Positions 25,661-39,275 are shown, counted from the first letter of the stretch. The stretch is DNA of 64,000 bases from Octopus vulgaris (GCA_951406725.2 OX597837.1:2914001-2978000); one strand, 5' to 3'. A program made the numbers and translations. Notes: a model not told the origin generated them from the sequence alone.

Positions 25661-26387
25661 TAATTCATATAAAAATCTTGTAATGTACATTTAAGGGCTC
25701 GTATGTTTCATGCGATGAAACACCTGTACATAAACTCAGTAACTTGAAGCTAGTGTGCTGTAGAGAAATAAAAGGTTATGATCTACTATGAAAGCCTGAT
25801 ATCCTCCATCGTCATGTTATATTATTCTTGTAGAATATATGCTGGTCACCCATGGGCGTTCCGAAATAGAGTCTGTACGCCATCTCCTTGCGTGAAGACA
25901 CCTCAGAGTTCATTCTTTTCTCGTTTGCTAATTTGTATTTTGAAGTGAATGACTTACCACTGATATAGGAGAGAAATGGTTTCTCACCTGTACAATCATA
26001 CCTGTGATTATTTAAGGTGTTTTCATGAGGGAATGATTTACCAGACATCATAGTAAAATCCTTTCAACATTTGTGTGAATAAGTTTGTTACTATCAAAGT
26101 GAAAACAAAAAGAAAAAAAACCTCTACTTCATGTTTTAAACAAAGTCATATGTATGGTTTGCTTCAGGGAATATGGTTTTTGTGGCTGGCTGCCCTACGT
26201 ATCACCATCAATTTCACAATGTATAGGATGTATTTTACTTTGGAGCCAGCACTAGAGAGGCTGTCGTGTTGCTGACAACATTAGAGTGCTGATGTGTCTG
26301 TCCATTTCTTACTCACTTCACAAAGGAAGTTTTTGAGTAAATGAGTTATTTATTACAAATACCACTGTGATAAAGTTCTTCATTAGA

Positions 26388-28640
26388 TCAAACACATTTG
26401 TGTCTCGTTAAAGCAGAACTGTGAGAAAATGATTTACCACAGATCTCACAGCGATAAGGTTTCTCTCCTGTATGAATACGTTTGTGGCCAGTTAAAGCAT
26501 TATTTACAGGGAATGATTTGCCACAGATATTACACTGATACGGCTTTTCTCCTGTATGAACACGCTTGTGCTTGGTTAAATCATTCTTTTGAGAGAAACA
26601 TTTACCACAGATATCACACTTATAGGGTTTATCTCCTGTATGAGTACGTCTGTGAATTGTTAAATGAGCTGTTTGAGAGAATGATTTATCACATATCTCA
26701 CAGTGAAATGGTTTCTCACCTGTATGAATACGACTATGAACAGTTAAATGATATGGCTGAGATAAAGATTTGCCACAGATCTTACAATCATATGATTTCT
26801 CTCCTGTATGAGTGTTTCTATGTACAGTTAAGAGATATTGTTTTGAGAATGATTTACCACAGATATTACAGTGGTAAGGTTTTTCTCCTGTATGAACACG
26901 TTTATGTGCAGTTAATGTATATCTACTAGCATATGATTTACCACAGATATCGCAGTGATATGGCTTCTCACCACTATGAAGATGCATATGTTTTGTTAGA
27001 GCTTGACTGCGAGAGAAAGATTTCCCACAGATATCACAATGGTATGGTTTCTCTCCTGTATGAGTACGACTATGAACAGTTAATTGATAATTTCTTGAGA
27101 AAGATTTACCACAGATATTACAGTGATATCCCTTCTCACCAGTATGAAGATGCACATGCTTTGTTAGAGCCTTACTGTAAGAGAAAGATTTACCACAGAT
27201 ATCACAGTGATATGGCTTATCACCTGTATGAAAACACAGGTGTCTAATTAAGCCAGAATTTCGAGAGAAGGATTTACCACAGACACTACAATGATATGGC
27301 CTTTCCCCTGTATGAATACGTTTGTGAGTAGTTAATGCACTTCCAGTAGAGAATGATTTTCCACAGATATTACAGGTATAGGTTTTCTCTTTTGTGTGAA
27401 TACGTCTGCTGTGTATCGCTAAGTCACTAGTTCCAGAGAATGATTTATCACAAATATCAGAGTGACATGGTTTTTCCTCGGTATGAATACGTTTGTGAAA
27501 CTTCAGTGTACTTCCATAGGTGAATGATTTATCACAGATATTACAGCAATATGGTCTTTCCCCTGTATGAGTACGTCTGTGAACTGTTAACTGACTTGTT
27601 TGGCTGAACGTCTTACCACAGATGACACAACGATACGGTTTTTCCCCTGAATGAACACGCTTATGAACAGTTAATGTACTTCCAGAAGCGAATACTTTAC
27701 CACAGATATCACAGTCATATCCTTTTCCTCCCGAATGAATACGTTTGTGGACAGTTAAAGCACTTGCATAAGAGAATGATTTACCGCAGGTATCACACGG
27801 ATATGCATTTTTCCCTGTATGAATACGTTTGTGAACAGTTAATGTACTTCTACCAGCAAATGATTTACCACAGATATTACAGTGAAACGGTCTCTCTTTT
27901 GTATGAATGTATCTCTTGTGTATTTTTAATTGGCTTGTCTGGGAGAATGATTTACCACAGATATCACAGTGATATGGTTTTTCCCCTGTGTGAATACGTT
28001 TGTGGACAGTTAATGTATTCCTACGACGAAACGATTTACCACAGATATCACAATGATATGGTTTGTCGTCTCTATGAATACGTTTGTGAAGAGTTACTGC
28101 ACTTCCATTACTGAACGACCTACCGCAAACATCACAGTCATATGGTTTCTCTCCAGTATGAATACGTTTGTGAGAAATTAAATGAACCTTTTGAAAGAAT
28201 GATTTTCCACAGATATCGCAGTGATATGATTTCTCGCCAGTATGAATATTTCTGTGTTTATCTAAGTTACCTCTTTCAGAGAAAGATTCTCCACAAATAT
28301 TACACTGATATGGTTTCTCGCCTGTATGCATACGTACATGGCGAGTTAAGCCATTAGCACGAGAGAATGATTTACCACAGATATCACAGTGATGTGGTTT
28401 TTCACCTGTATGAGTACGTAAGTGATCAACTAAATAACTTTTGTAATAGAATAATCTACCACAGATATTACATTCCTGTGACTTTTTCCTGGAATGAATG
28501 CGTTTGTGAGTAGTTAAAGTACGTTTTTCAGAGTACGATTTACCACAAATATCACATTGATATAATTTCTCTTCTGTATCCATATCCTTTTGAAACGGTG
28601 ATTCTTCTGTCTCCTTTGGTAATTCTTCAGAAAAATCCAT
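26388..28640 (-). CDS. Poly-C2H2 zinc-finger protein (ZNF-B), 750 aa, about 26 finger units; close paralogue of ZNF-A
   Basis: Tandem C2H2 ORF with the same N-terminus and the same C-terminal HKCV* as ZNF-A. UTRs are near-identical to ZNF-A and ZNF-C. Confidence 0.95.
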   Translation of the reverse strand: MDFSEELPKETEESPFQKDMDTEEKLYQCDICGKSYSEKRTLTTHKRIHSRKKSQECNICGRLFYYKSYLVDHLRTHTGEKPHHCDICGKSFSRANGLTRHVRMHTGEKPYQCNICGESFSERGNLDKHRNIHTGEKSYHCDICGKSFFQKVHLISHKRIHTGEKPYDCDVCGRSFSNGSAVTLHKRIHRDDKPYHCDICGKSFRRRNTLTVHKRIHTGEKPYHCDICGKSFSQTSQLKIHKRYIHTKERPFHCNICGKSFAGRSTLTVHKRIHTGKNAYPCDTCGKSFSYASALTVHKRIHSGGKGYDCDICGKVFASGSTLTVHKRVHSGEKPYRCVICGKTFSQTSQLTVHRRTHTGERPYCCNICDKSFTYGSTLKFHKRIHTEEKPCHSDICDKSFSGTSDLAIHSRRIHTKEKTYTCNICGKSFSTGSALTTHKRIHTGERPYHCSVCGKSFSRNSGLIRHLCFHTGDKPYHCDICGKSFSYSKALTKHVHLHTGEKGYHCNICGKSFSRNYQLTVHSRTHTGEKPYHCDICGKSFSRSQALTKHMHLHSGEKPYHCDICGKSYASRYTLTAHKRVHTGEKPYHCNICGKSFSKQYLLTVHRNTHTGEKSYDCKICGKSLSQPYHLTVHSRIHTGEKPFHCEICDKSFSQTAHLTIHRRTHTGDKPYKCDICGKCFSQKNDLTKHKRVHTGEKPYQCNICGKSFPVNNALTGHKRIHTGEKPYRCEICGKSFSHSSALTRHKCV

Positions 28641-29165
28641 ACTTCTGTAAGGATATTTTTACCGCTTTTTATATATTCCTGGATTGATCAAAACATTTAT
28701 ACTGCAATGTTTCCATGGTGGCAAACTCCATTGTAAATCTGTCCAAATTTTATTAGAATAAAAAGGAATCTACAAATTCCAGACAATGTAGAAGAGCAAT
28801 GTCTCACTCTAGAAATATTTCACTTCTGGATAAAATCTTCCTTTTATCTAGAAGTGATCAATATTGATGGTATATCCCTTAAATGCCAATGCTATCCAAT
28901 ATTCTGAAATGAGATAGAAAATAGTATAAGATATTAAAGATATTTAAGGAGTAGACATTCAACATTGAAACTTAACAATTTTATATTGATATATTGCTGC
29001 TTGCATGTTGAAAGCATCCAGTCCACACTGTAATGTGGTTGGTATTTGGAAGGGCATCCAGTTGTAAAAACCATGCCAAAACTAACCTCACCAGTGCTAG
29101 TGTCACATAACAAGTACATATGGGGTACATATCTGTAGTTATGGCGGAAGTTTTATCATCTATAG

Positions 29166-29355
29166 CAGTGCTTTTCAAACTTTTTGCTGGGGCGGAACCC
29201 CAAGGAAACATTACACTGGCACGATGAATAATTTAATAGTCTTATGCACACATATCTGCACAGGAGAATTAAAAATTACTGGCGATTTTAGCAGTTTTGT
29301 AACTTCTTGCGGAAACCCTGGACTGTACTGGCGGAACTCTGGTTGAAAACCGCTA
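29166..29355. mobile_element. hAT (Charlie-like) MITE in the ZNF-B intron
   Basis: CAGTGCTTTTCAA / TTGAAAACCGCTA termini. 8-bp TSD ATCTATAG / ATTTATAG. The site is empty in the ZNF-A and ZNF-C introns (about 14175 and 31308). Confidence 0.8.
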
Positions 29356-29570
29356 ATTTATAGAAAAGAATATGGTAATATTTTCCCCAAAATTGTTATT
29401 AGTTTCAGTTCAGTATAATTCCTGTATTCTTGAAGAAAACATCTTTTACCAATGCCGTTTATATATTTTGTTCCCATTCATACAATTACCATGATTACCT
29501 TATCAGACAAGTGGGACACAATTCTATTATTTAAATGATATTACTACAGCATTAAAACAAACATTTATCA

Positions 29571-29803
29571 ACTTACCGTTGGTAGATGTAAACAACGAAT
29601 GAATGGTGTTCTGCGTTGTCGTCGAACTCCGCCAGTAAATATTCTGATTGCTGGAAACGAGAGAATTGTCCAAGGATTCCTTTCTCGGCGACGCAAAGCT
29701 CCAAACAAGCTCAACATTAGAATCTAGAGTGAAGCTGGCTCAATGTCTACAGCCGCACTTTCGATCTCGAATAGAACAAACTCAACGATAACGTTCCCTT
29801 GCA
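29571..29803 (-). promoter_or_regulatory. Putative promoter / first exon of ZNF-B (intron about 29576-28904)
   Basis: Near-identical reverse complement of 13663-13895, with the donor retained. Confidence 0.65.
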
Positions 29804-29884
29804 TATGTCATAAGGTCACAAGGGGACGTTGAATATTTCAAGAAGTATCAAACACTTTCAATAAATTATTTTAATCTCTAAAAT

Positions 29885-30825
29885 ATGAATAGGACGTGGT
29901 GACGCAAATTCCGATGATAAACCACCGAGCAAACCTCGGTGTTCTATAGAGAGCTGGTAGAGGGAAAAAATGACGTTCTCGGAGGGGCTCAGGGGTTCGA
30001 CGAGAATCAACTCTCCAACCTGTTTAAGAAAACCTTCAGGCCGGGGTATTTAGACAATTACCAAAAATCCCTGGCTTGGCAGTGCTATAGGAATGCATTA
30101 GCTGTTCGCGATAAGTTATTTAGGCACGGAATGTCAGTGCCACCGACGTGTCCAAGATGTGGGTTGGACGATGAAACCGTTCAACACGCTTTTGTACGTT
30201 GTCAGGAGCTGTCAAGCTTTTATAAGTTACGTCGAACATGGGTTGTCGCATCTGGGACGAGTACAGCTGTCGGTTGGATCCATGATTAAGATGATACCGC
30301 CAACTGGACTCTCAAAGGAAGGTGAAGCTTGTTTTTTTCTGTACGATGGCAGTACTGAAAGTGTGTGTGTGTGTGTGGAGAACCAGAATGGAAGGTTTTG
30401 TGACAGTCCCTTGTCTCTGGCCCAGGTTTGTTAAACTTCTTCAGATGGGGTTGGAGAAGAGGAACCTGTCACAGAAAGAGTATGTGAAACGTTGGAAGGA
30501 TGTGACGAGAAAGGTGGGTGTTAGTAACCCAGCTTAATCATAAAAGAAAGGAAAAAATTAGTTGCTGGGCCTTATAGGCTGCCGGGTTCAAAATTTGGAA
30601 CCTGCATTTCCCCCTTTTTCGTTTTAACATATGTTGTTTTCTATTTTTATTAAAACAAAAAACGCACAAAAGTTCTCGTTTAAAGGCAAAAGTAAGCCAA
30701 GTTTTCGTTTATGTCATATTACAACTAAATTTTTAAGTCTCATTCGAACTTATATAACATTCTTTGTATTTGTCTGTCTTGTTATGTCCCTATCTATGTA
30801 AGATCGCATGATTATAATAAAGATT
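29885..30825 (+). mobile_element. 5'-truncated L1/Tx1-like LINE (ORF2 C-terminal CCHC zf-RVT domain + 3' UTR)
   Basis: LAWQCYRNALAVRDKL..CPRCGLDDETVQHAFVRC. Ends in ATAATAAAGATT. Confidence 0.8.
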
Positions 30826-31028
30826 TATTTGAGATCGAAAGTGCGGCTGTAGACATTGAGCCAGCTTCACTCTAGATTCTATTGTTGAGCTTGTTTGGAG
30901 CTTTGCGTCGCCGAGAAAGGAATCCTTGGACAATTCTCTCGTTTCCAGCAATCAGAATATTTACTGGCGGAGTTCGACGACAACGCAGAACACAATTCAT
31001 TCGTTGTTTACATCTGCCAACGGTAAGT
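30826..31028 (+). promoter_or_regulatory. Putative first exon of ZNF-C (intron about 31023-32649)
   Basis: Near-identical to 13694-13895. The upstream about 30 bp of the module is replaced by a LINE 3' end. Confidence 0.65.
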
Positions 31029-32912
31029 TGATAAATGTTTGTTTTAATGCTGTAGTAATATCATTTAAATAATAGAATTGTGTCCCACTTGTCTGATAAG
31101 GTAATCATGGTAATTGTATGAATGGGAACAAAATATATAAACGGCATTGGTAAAAGATGTTTTCTTCAAGAATACAGGAATTATACTGAACTGGAAATAT
31201 TAATAATGTGAAGTATATTTGTCGTGCAGTTATTGTCTATACCTCGTTCAGAGATTTATTATTAAAATAATAACAATTTGGGGGAAAATATTTCCATATT
31301 CTTTTCTATAGATGATAAAACTTTCGCCATAACTACAGATATGTACCCCACCCTCACGACTTTGTTGCCTCGTAACTCCCAGAAAAATTGATACTTTTTC
31401 ACAAATGTTTGAACAAATCCTACTTAGATACTGTAGATTCAGAGTATATAGAGATTGGCATAGTTTCGGTTGTAGTAGCACAGATTTCCGTCGCGCCAGA
31501 TTGGCATAGTTCCTAGAGATTTATTGGATAGAATTTCCCAAAGGGTTGGGGAGTGGGGTTTCGGAAAATTCACGCGATCTGATATGTTTCCCTCATAACT
31601 TTCAGGAAAATGGATTTCTTTTAATGAAAATCTATACAAATACCTTTCGAATGGCACAGATTATGATTATAAAGAAATATGTGGGGAAAATGTTTTTCGA
31701 GTGGGTTGGAAGAGGAGTATCGGAAAAATTGAGTTTCGGATGAATATGACCACATAAGTTGGAATTCCTCCGTTCTGACGGGGGATTTTTTTCAATTTTT
31801 AATGTTTTTTTCACTAGCATTCGAAATGATCTTTTTTTTTTTTCACCCCTCTTCCACCCCTTGCCCACCTCACCTGCACTATTCTCATACATGCACACAC
31901 AAACACTGATTGAAGTGTAACAAACTAGTGGCATCACAAGAAGTAGAATAAATAATTAGAACATCCCTGGTGTGGATAATGGAATGAAAACAATGTACAC
32001 TTGCAGATTTAATAAAAGGTTCAGTTCCAAATTCTGAGAACATTATTGAATATGAGAAGCAGCTGAAGAGGTCTTGAAGATACAACAACTGAAGGCATTA
32101 GTCCAGATATAACGTATACTCACTGTTTTTTTTTGTTTTTTTTTGTAAATAGGTAATGTTACACAATCTGAAGGTGTAAATATGTAAACTTCAACACAAC
32201 TTTGTTTGATGTAATTTAAATAGCAAATTAAAATGTAAAGTTTGGTGGGTAAGGTAAGTGTTTATTGTTTCATCATCATCATTTAATGTCCATCTTACCT
32301 GCATGCATGGGTAGGACAGTTGACCAGAGCTGGTCTAGTATAAAAACTACCATGGGTTACTGTGGCTATTTTAGCTGGGACTTTATGGCTGGATGCTCTT
32401 CCTAACCTCAATCACTCCACAGAGTGGGCTCTGTGCTTGTTACGTGACACTAGCACTGGTGAGGGTAGTTTTGGCATGGTTTTTACAACTGGATGCCCTT
32501 CCAAGTACCAACCACATTACAGTGTGGACTTGATGCTTTCAACATGGCAGCAGCAATTGTATATCAATACAAAATTGTTAAGTTTCAATATTGAATGTCT
32601 ACTCCTTAAATATCTTTAATATTTTATACTATTTTCTATCTCATTTCAGAATATTGGATGGCATTGGCATTTAAGGGATATACCATCAATATTGATCACT
32701 TCTAGATAAAAGGAAGATTTTATCCAGAAGTGAAATATTTCTAGAGTGAGACATTGCTCTTCTACATTGTCTGGAATTTGTAGATTCCTTTTTATTCTAA
32801 TAAAATTTGGACAGATTTACAATGGAGTTTGCCACCATGGAAACATTGCAGTATAAATGTTTTGATCAATCCAGGAATATATAAAAAGTGGTAAAAATAT
32901 CCTTACAGAAGT

Positions 32913-34289
32913 ATGGATTTTTCTGAAGAATTGCCAAAGGAGACAGAAGAATCACCGTTTTCTTTAGAATGTACCCTTGCTACTCAAAAGGATATGGATA
33001 CAAAAGAGAAATTATATCAATGTGATATTTGTGGTAAATCATTCTCTGAAAAACATACTTTAACTGCTCACAAACGCATCCATTCCAGGAAAAAGTCTCA
33101 GGAATGTAATATTTGTGGTAGATTATTCTATTACAAAAGTTATTTAGTTGATCACTTGCGTATTCATACAGGTGAAAAACCACATCACTGTGATATCTGT
33201 GGTAAATCATTCTCTCGTGCTAATGGCTTAACTCGCCATGTACGTATTCATACAGGTGAGAAACCATATCAGTGTAATATTTGTGGGGAATCTTTCTCTG
33301 AAAGAGGTAACTTAGCTAAACACAAATACATTCATACAGGAGAGAAATCATATCACTGTGATATCTGTGGAAAATCATTCTTTCAAAAAGTTCATTTAAT
33401 TTCTCACAAACGTATTCATACTGGAGAGAAACCATATGACTGTGATGTTTGCGGTAGGTCATTCACTAATGGAAGTGCAGTAACTTCTCATAAACGTATT
33501 CATGCAAGAGAGAAGCCATATCATTGTAATATTTGTAGTAAATCATTCACTGATAGAAGTAATTTGACTGTTCACAAACGTATTCATGGAGACGAAAAAC
33601 CATATCATTGTGATATCTGTGGTAAATCATTTCTTCATAGGAGTAAATTAACTATCCACAAACGTATTCACACAGGGGAAAAACCGTATTGCTGTGATAT
33701 CTGTGGTAAATCATTCTCTCGGACAAGCCAGTTAACAATACACAATAGATACATTCATACAAAAGAGAAACCATATCATTGTAATATCTGCGGTAAATCT
33801 TTTGCTGATGGAAGTGCATTGACTGTTCATAAACGTATTCACACAGGGGAAAAACCATATCACTGTGATATCTGTGGTAAATCATTCTCTTATGCAAGTG
33901 CTTTGACTGTTCACAAACGTACTCATTCAGGAGGAAAACCATACGACTGTGATACCTGTGGTAAATTATTCTCCTCTGGAAGTACGTTAACTGTTCATAA
34001 ACGTGTTCATTCAGGGGAAAAGCCACATTGTTGTGTCATCTGTGGTAAGACGTTCAGCCAAACAAGTCAGTTAACGATACACACGCGACGCAGTCATACA
34101 AGAGAGAAACCATATCGCTGCGATACCTGTGGTAAATCATTCCCTGTTGGAAGTCAATTAACAGTTCACAGACGTACTCATACAGGGGAAAGACCATATC
34201 ACTGTAATATCTGTGGAAAATCCTTCACCTATGGAAGCACATTAAAGTTTCACAAACGTATTCATACAGAGGAAAAACCATATCTCTGA
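32913..34289 (+). CDS. Poly-C2H2 zinc-finger protein (ZNF-C), 458 aa, about 15 fingers, truncated by a premature stop
   Basis: Tandem C2H2 ORF. The stop TGA falls at a finger's first Cys position (tat ctc tga gat atc tgt). Decayed fingers continue downstream. Confidence 0.9.
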   Translation: MDFSEELPKETEESPFSLECTLATQKDMDTKEKLYQCDICGKSFSEKHTLTAHKRIHSRKKSQECNICGRLFYYKSYLVDHLRIHTGEKPHHCDICGKSFSRANGLTRHVRIHTGEKPYQCNICGESFSERGNLAKHKYIHTGEKSYHCDICGKSFFQKVHLISHKRIHTGEKPYDCDVCGRSFTNGSAVTSHKRIHAREKPYHCNICSKSFTDRSNLTVHKRIHGDEKPYHCDICGKSFLHRSKLTIHKRIHTGEKPYCCDICGKSFSRTSQLTIHNRYIHTKEKPYHCNICGKSFADGSALTVHKRIHTGEKPYHCDICGKSFSYASALTVHKRTHSGGKPYDCDTCGKLFSSGSTLTVHKRVHSGEKPHCCVICGKTFSQTSQLTIHTRRSHTREKPYRCDTCGKSFPVGSQLTVHRRTHTGERPYHCNICGKSFTYGSTLKFHKRIHTEEKPYL

Positions 34290-35130
34290 GATATCTGTGT
34301 ATTTCATTCAAAATAAAAACCATATCACTGGTATCTTTGGTAAACCATTCTCTTGAACAAGTTATTTAACAATACATAAGAGACGTATTAATACAAGAGA
34401 GTCTGTATCACTGGGATAACTGTATTAAACCATTCACTGATGCAAGTACATTAACTCCTCACAAATGTATTCATACAAAAAAAAACCCATATAACAAAGG
34501 ATCTGTGGTGTATTTTTCTCTCTAAGTTCTGGCCTAATTAGCCACATATATTTTCATGCAGGAGATAAGCCCTATCATTGTAATATTTGTGTTAAATCTA
34601 TCTTAATGCACTCAGAACAGAAGAGATGCTATATTACTGGTGATATTTGTGGTCCCCAAAGTCTATCTCCTCCTCACCGTGGTGCGAACGCTGGCAACGG
34701 ATAGTGTCAGAGCTATGTCGTTGGGAACTTCGGTTCTTGGTAGGGCCACCCAAGGCAGATTGGTCTGACACCAAGTGGTGTTAGGGCCACAACCTGGCAG
34801 ACGGGGCTCTGGTGAAAATCCTTGGAGTGTCTGTTTCAGCAACCGGTGGCTCCTCGGTCATTCTGTCCCTGTGTCTGCGGACAATCTGCGGCAAACAGGA
34901 TGTCTCCACATTCGGGATTGTTGGGGACCGCTTGTGAAATCCACATATTCCCACGAAACTTCTTCCATGAGTAGAAGCCGACTCAACCCGCCCAGGGTGA
35001 ATGTTGCCACAAGTACAAGATATTTGTGGTAAATCTTTTTGTCAATCATTTCATTTGACTGTTCCGTCATATTCCTACAGTCAAGAAGCTTTATGCTGGA
35101 AATTATTTCATCAAGTAGAACCAAATTTTG
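34290..35130 (+). pseudogene. Decayed zinc-finger tail of ZNF-C, interrupted by an RTE-derived insert
   Basis: Frameshifted finger remnants ([43 protein letters not shown]) collinear with ZNF-A fingers 15-17 onward. Confidence 0.8.
34654..35018 (+). mobile_element. RTE 5'-UTR-like non-autonomous insert inside a decayed finger, flanked by the 12-bp direct repeat GATATTTGTGGT
   Basis: gagctatg...tagggccacccaagg resembles RTE/BovB 5' UTRs. Second copy at 39275-39597. Direct repeats at 34642-34653 and 35019-35030. Confidence 0.6.
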
Positions 35131-35474
35131 TATTAGTAGTATTTCCAACTACTAACAACGATGTTGTATTCATATTAAATAGATTTTCTTGTGGGAAGTG
35201 AAGCATATTCTTAGATATATGATGGCAGTGTTGTGACTGGAATGTGTTTGATCATAGGTCTGCTTAATAAGAAATGGCCATGGCTTATGTAACAGGGATA
35301 AAAGATGTTTCTAAGGAGAGAAGAATGTTATTGTATACTATTCCGAAGCATAGATTAAGTGTTAAATGTTAAATGTAATAGTTTATGTTGTGATAGTAAC
35401 TTCAATTCCTGAGTAAGTCAGCATATATAGGTTGTTTTTTTTTTCGGTGATTTAAATAAGGGTTTTGACTGTTA

Positions 35475-36125
35475 GTCCCGGGTTCAGTCCTACTGTGTGG
35501 TACCTTGGGCAAGTGTCTTCTACTATAGCCTCAGGCTGACCAAAGCCTTGTGAGTGGATTTGGTAGATGGAAACTGGAAGAAGCCTGTCGTATATGTGTG
35601 TATATATATATGTATGGGTGTCTGTGTTTGTCCCCTAAATATCGCTTGACAACTGATGCTGTTTTGTCTCAGAGGGGAACTTTCTCTGTGCAGTCCCATG
35701 GTCATTCATGACCAAAGGGGTCTTTACTCTTTACCCTTTTATACCCATGGCTGTGTAGTAAGTAGCTTGCTTACCAACCACATGGTTCTAGGTTCAATCA
35801 CACTGCATGGCACCTTGGGCAAGTGTCTTCTACTATAGCCTCGGGCTGACCAAACCCTTGTGAGTGGGATTTGGTAGACAGAAACTGAAAGAAGCCCGTC
35901 GTATATATATGTGTGTGTATATGTTTGTGTGTCTGTGTTTGTCCCCCAAACATCGCTTGACAACTAATGCTGTTTGTTTATGTCCCTGTAACTTAGCAGT
36001 TCAGCAAAAGAGACTGATAGAATAAGTACTAGGCTTACAAAGAATAAGCTCTGGGGTCGATTTGCTTGACTAAAGGTGGTGCTCCAGCATGGCCGCAGTC
36101 AAATGAGTAAAACAAGTAAAAGAGT
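35475..36125 (+). mobile_element. Two SINE family 1 copies (partial 35475-35660, near-full 35746-36125)
   Basis: Sequence similarity to the other copies. Confidence 0.8.
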
Positions 36126-36164
36126 ATATGCTTTCCACACACACACACACTCACATATACTGTC

Positions 36165-37975
36165 CGATTTCACTCACCTCTCATATCATTAAAGTATTTG
36201 AGAGGGTAGCGAGATCGCGAATAACTCACTGCCTCGAATCAACAGTCTGCTGAAGCCCAGCCAGGTAGGTTTCCGTGATGGCAAGGACTGCCTGTTACAG
36301 CTTCTGCAACATTTTGATGACATCTTAAGTGTTGGGAGTAGGCTCCAACACCGACTTCATATACCTTGATTTCAGCAAGGCATTTGACAGAGTGGACCAC
36401 GAAATCCTGCTGAAGAAATTGTCCAACATTAGAGTCCATAGCTGTTGGGCCCTCTCTTCTTCATTATCTACATCTATGACGTAGATGTCATCAAACATTC
36501 ATCATCATCATTGTTTAGCGTCCACTTTCCATGCTAGCGTGGGTTGGACAGTTCAACTGGGGTCTGGGAAGCCAGAAGGCTGCACCAGGCCCAGTCTGAT
36601 CTGGCAGTGTTTCTATGGCCGGATGCCCTTCCTAACGCCAACCACTCCATGAGTGTAGTGGGTGCTTTTTACGTGCCAGACGAGGCTGGCAAACGGCCAC
36701 GGTCGGATGGTGCTTTTTACGTGCCACCGGCACAGAGGCCAGGCAAGGCTGTACACTGAAAATTTTTGCAGATGATTCCAAACTCCAGAAAGCCATAAAC
36801 TGTATGGGAGACTAACATGCCTTCAGTCGGATCTGTTTGCTTTTGTCCGATGGGCACAAGGCAACAGTATGCTTCTAAATGAAGTTAAGTTTGATTTGAT
36901 CCACTTTGGGAAAGAGGATACTCTGAAATTACCACACGCTCTTCCCTCGGTTGACTCCCTAGTGTCATCCAACAACACCAGAGACCTTAGAGTAATTGTT
37001 GATAGTTCTAAGTTGGAGTTTCCACATAAACAGCAAGGTTGACTTGGCCCACAAGATGTGCTCCTTGATTCTGAGAACTTTCTAGAGATGCCCACACCAT
37101 CATCCTTCTCTACTCTGCTTTTGCCCGATCCCACCTTGAATACTGTTTTCCACTGTGGTCTCCCCATACGAAGCAACTCATTATGAAAGTGGAAGCACCC
37201 CAGAGGTCAATAACAAGAAAGATAGACGGCATGAGAGGCATTGACTGTTGGGGTCGACTAAAAAACCCTCAATCTCTACTCTGCAACACCACTGGGAGTG
37301 CTACATCATTTGTGTGATGTGGAAAATATTCCATCAATATTGCACAAATGATAATAAAATAAATGCGCCTTTTTAGAGCCTAGCGAGGCTCATGGGCCCG
37401 GTTTCACAAGTGTATGTGTTCCCCAGCTGGACAGGATGCCAGTCCATTATAGTGTTACTCATTTTTGTCAGCTGAGTGGACTGGAGCAATGTGAAATGAA
37501 GTGTCTTGCTCAAGAACACAACGCGTCGCCCGGTCCAGGAATCAAAACCACATTCTTACAATCATGATGCTGACACCCTAACCACTAAGCCATGCACCTC
37601 CATATTGCACAGATGATGTTGGCAACAATTTTAAAATCCATCCAAGATTTAGCCCCTGTGCTATCTGACCACTAAGAAAATTTAACTTAGGACATATAGC
37701 AACTTAACATCACAACTACTTTACCTCAAGCGGTCCAGCTCTCTTTAATACCATACCAAAATATATCAAAATGGAAACAGATCCCATAAAATTCTAAAGT
37801 TCACTGGACCAAAAAAATCCCTGACAGACCAACCTCTTACACCCAGATATGTCTCCAACAATAATAACTCTTTGCTAGAGTAGGCCATTGTGTCCCATTT
37901 ATCACTAAAAGACTTCACCAGGTGGTGCTATTAAGTTAGACAGGGCCTGGGCCTATAATGGCCAAAACCTATCAA
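36165..37975 (+). mobile_element. Decayed CR1-like LINE RT region with nested repeats (36500-36750, 37365-37602)
   Basis: Q.GFR.G..CL.QLL, IYLDFSKAFDRVDHEILLKKL, GPLLFIIYI, IFADDSKL, with many stops. Confidence 0.8.
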
Positions 37976-38351
37976 AGCTATATATATATATATACACATA
38001 CATACACACACATATATATATACGCATACATACACACACACATATCATCATTGTCGTTTAGTGTCCGCTTTCCATGCTAGCATGGGTTGGACAGTTCAAC
38101 TGGGGTCTGGGAAGCCAGAAGGCTGCACCAGGCCCAGTCTGATTTGGCAATGCTTCTACAGCTGGATGCCCTTCCTAACGCCAACCACTCCGTGAGTGTA
38201 GTGGGTGCTTTTTACGTGCCACTGACACAGGTGCCAGACGAGGCTGGCAAACGGCCATGATTGGATGGTGCTTTTTACCTGCCACCGGCACAGAGGTCAG
38301 TCGGGGCGGCGCTGGCAACGGCCACGTATATATATATATATATATATAGAT

Positions 38352-38382
<31 letters not shown>

Positions 38383-38453
38383 CACACACGCACACATGTC
38401 CAGATGTTTTGTCGCCTGTTACGTTCTTGTTCCATATTTGTTTTCTTTTTTTA

Positions 38454-38826
38454 TCTCTCTCTATATAAACGGCAGTTTGTCTGTGTGTGTTTCTGTGTGT
38501 CTGTTAGCTTGTACCCTCACCCTGACCACGGCTTTCAACCGATTCTGATGAAACTTAACACACACATAGCCCAATGTCATAATTCAAAACTAACGCAGAG
38601 AAAATTTTGAAAAGTTTCCCTAGTTCTGAAAAAAATCGATAAATTCAACATGGGGTCGAGAATCAGAAACAAACCACAGACTGTCTAGGGGACGCAACAC
38701 GACCGTTTTAACTCTCAAAAAAAAATTTACCATAATTTTTTTTCCATTTTTTTGGCTATAACTCTCTAAAAATGCTTTATAGTTATTTCCCTTACAAACC
38801 CGAGCAACGCCGGGCGATACTGCTAG
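38454..38826 (+). mobile_element. Short non-autonomous Helitron
   Basis: A|TCTCTCTCTATATAAA start and cgagcaacgccgggcgatactgCTAG|T end, with no TSD. Confidence 0.8.
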
Positions 38827-39089
38827 TATATACATATAGCGGCGTACATACACTTTTGGTCTCCTGTATGTAAGTATATGCATATATCTAAATTCTGTAC
38901 GACTCTTACTCTTTCATTTAGCTTCTTTCACACTTCCTTCCTTCTTTCCACTTTTCTTTTTCTCACTTGCATTTCTTGGCCTTCCCTTCATTCTCATCAC
39001 TTACCCTCCTGTTTTAACTCCCTTGTACCTCACTCTGTCCCTTTCCTTTCTTTTTCTCTCTTTCTTCTTCCTCTGCCCCAGACAAAGTT

Positions 39090-39275
39090 CACATCACTAA
39101 TATTTGTGGTACATCATTCTCTGTAATGCCTTACCTACTCACAAATGCATTATTACTGCAGAAAGACCCTATGGTTTTGTTATGTGGTACATTCTTTTCT
39201 CAAAATAGGGATTTAACTAAACACAGATTCATTCATTCTAAAGAAAAACCTGTATTACAATGATATTCACAGTAA
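39090..39275 (+). pseudogene. Further decayed C2H2 finger remnants, probably the distal ZNF-C array
   Basis: aatatttgtggtacatcattctct...ttctcaaaatagggatttaactaaacacagattcattcattctaaagaaaaacc reads as NICGTSFS...SQNRDLTKHRFIHSKEK. Confidence 0.7.
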
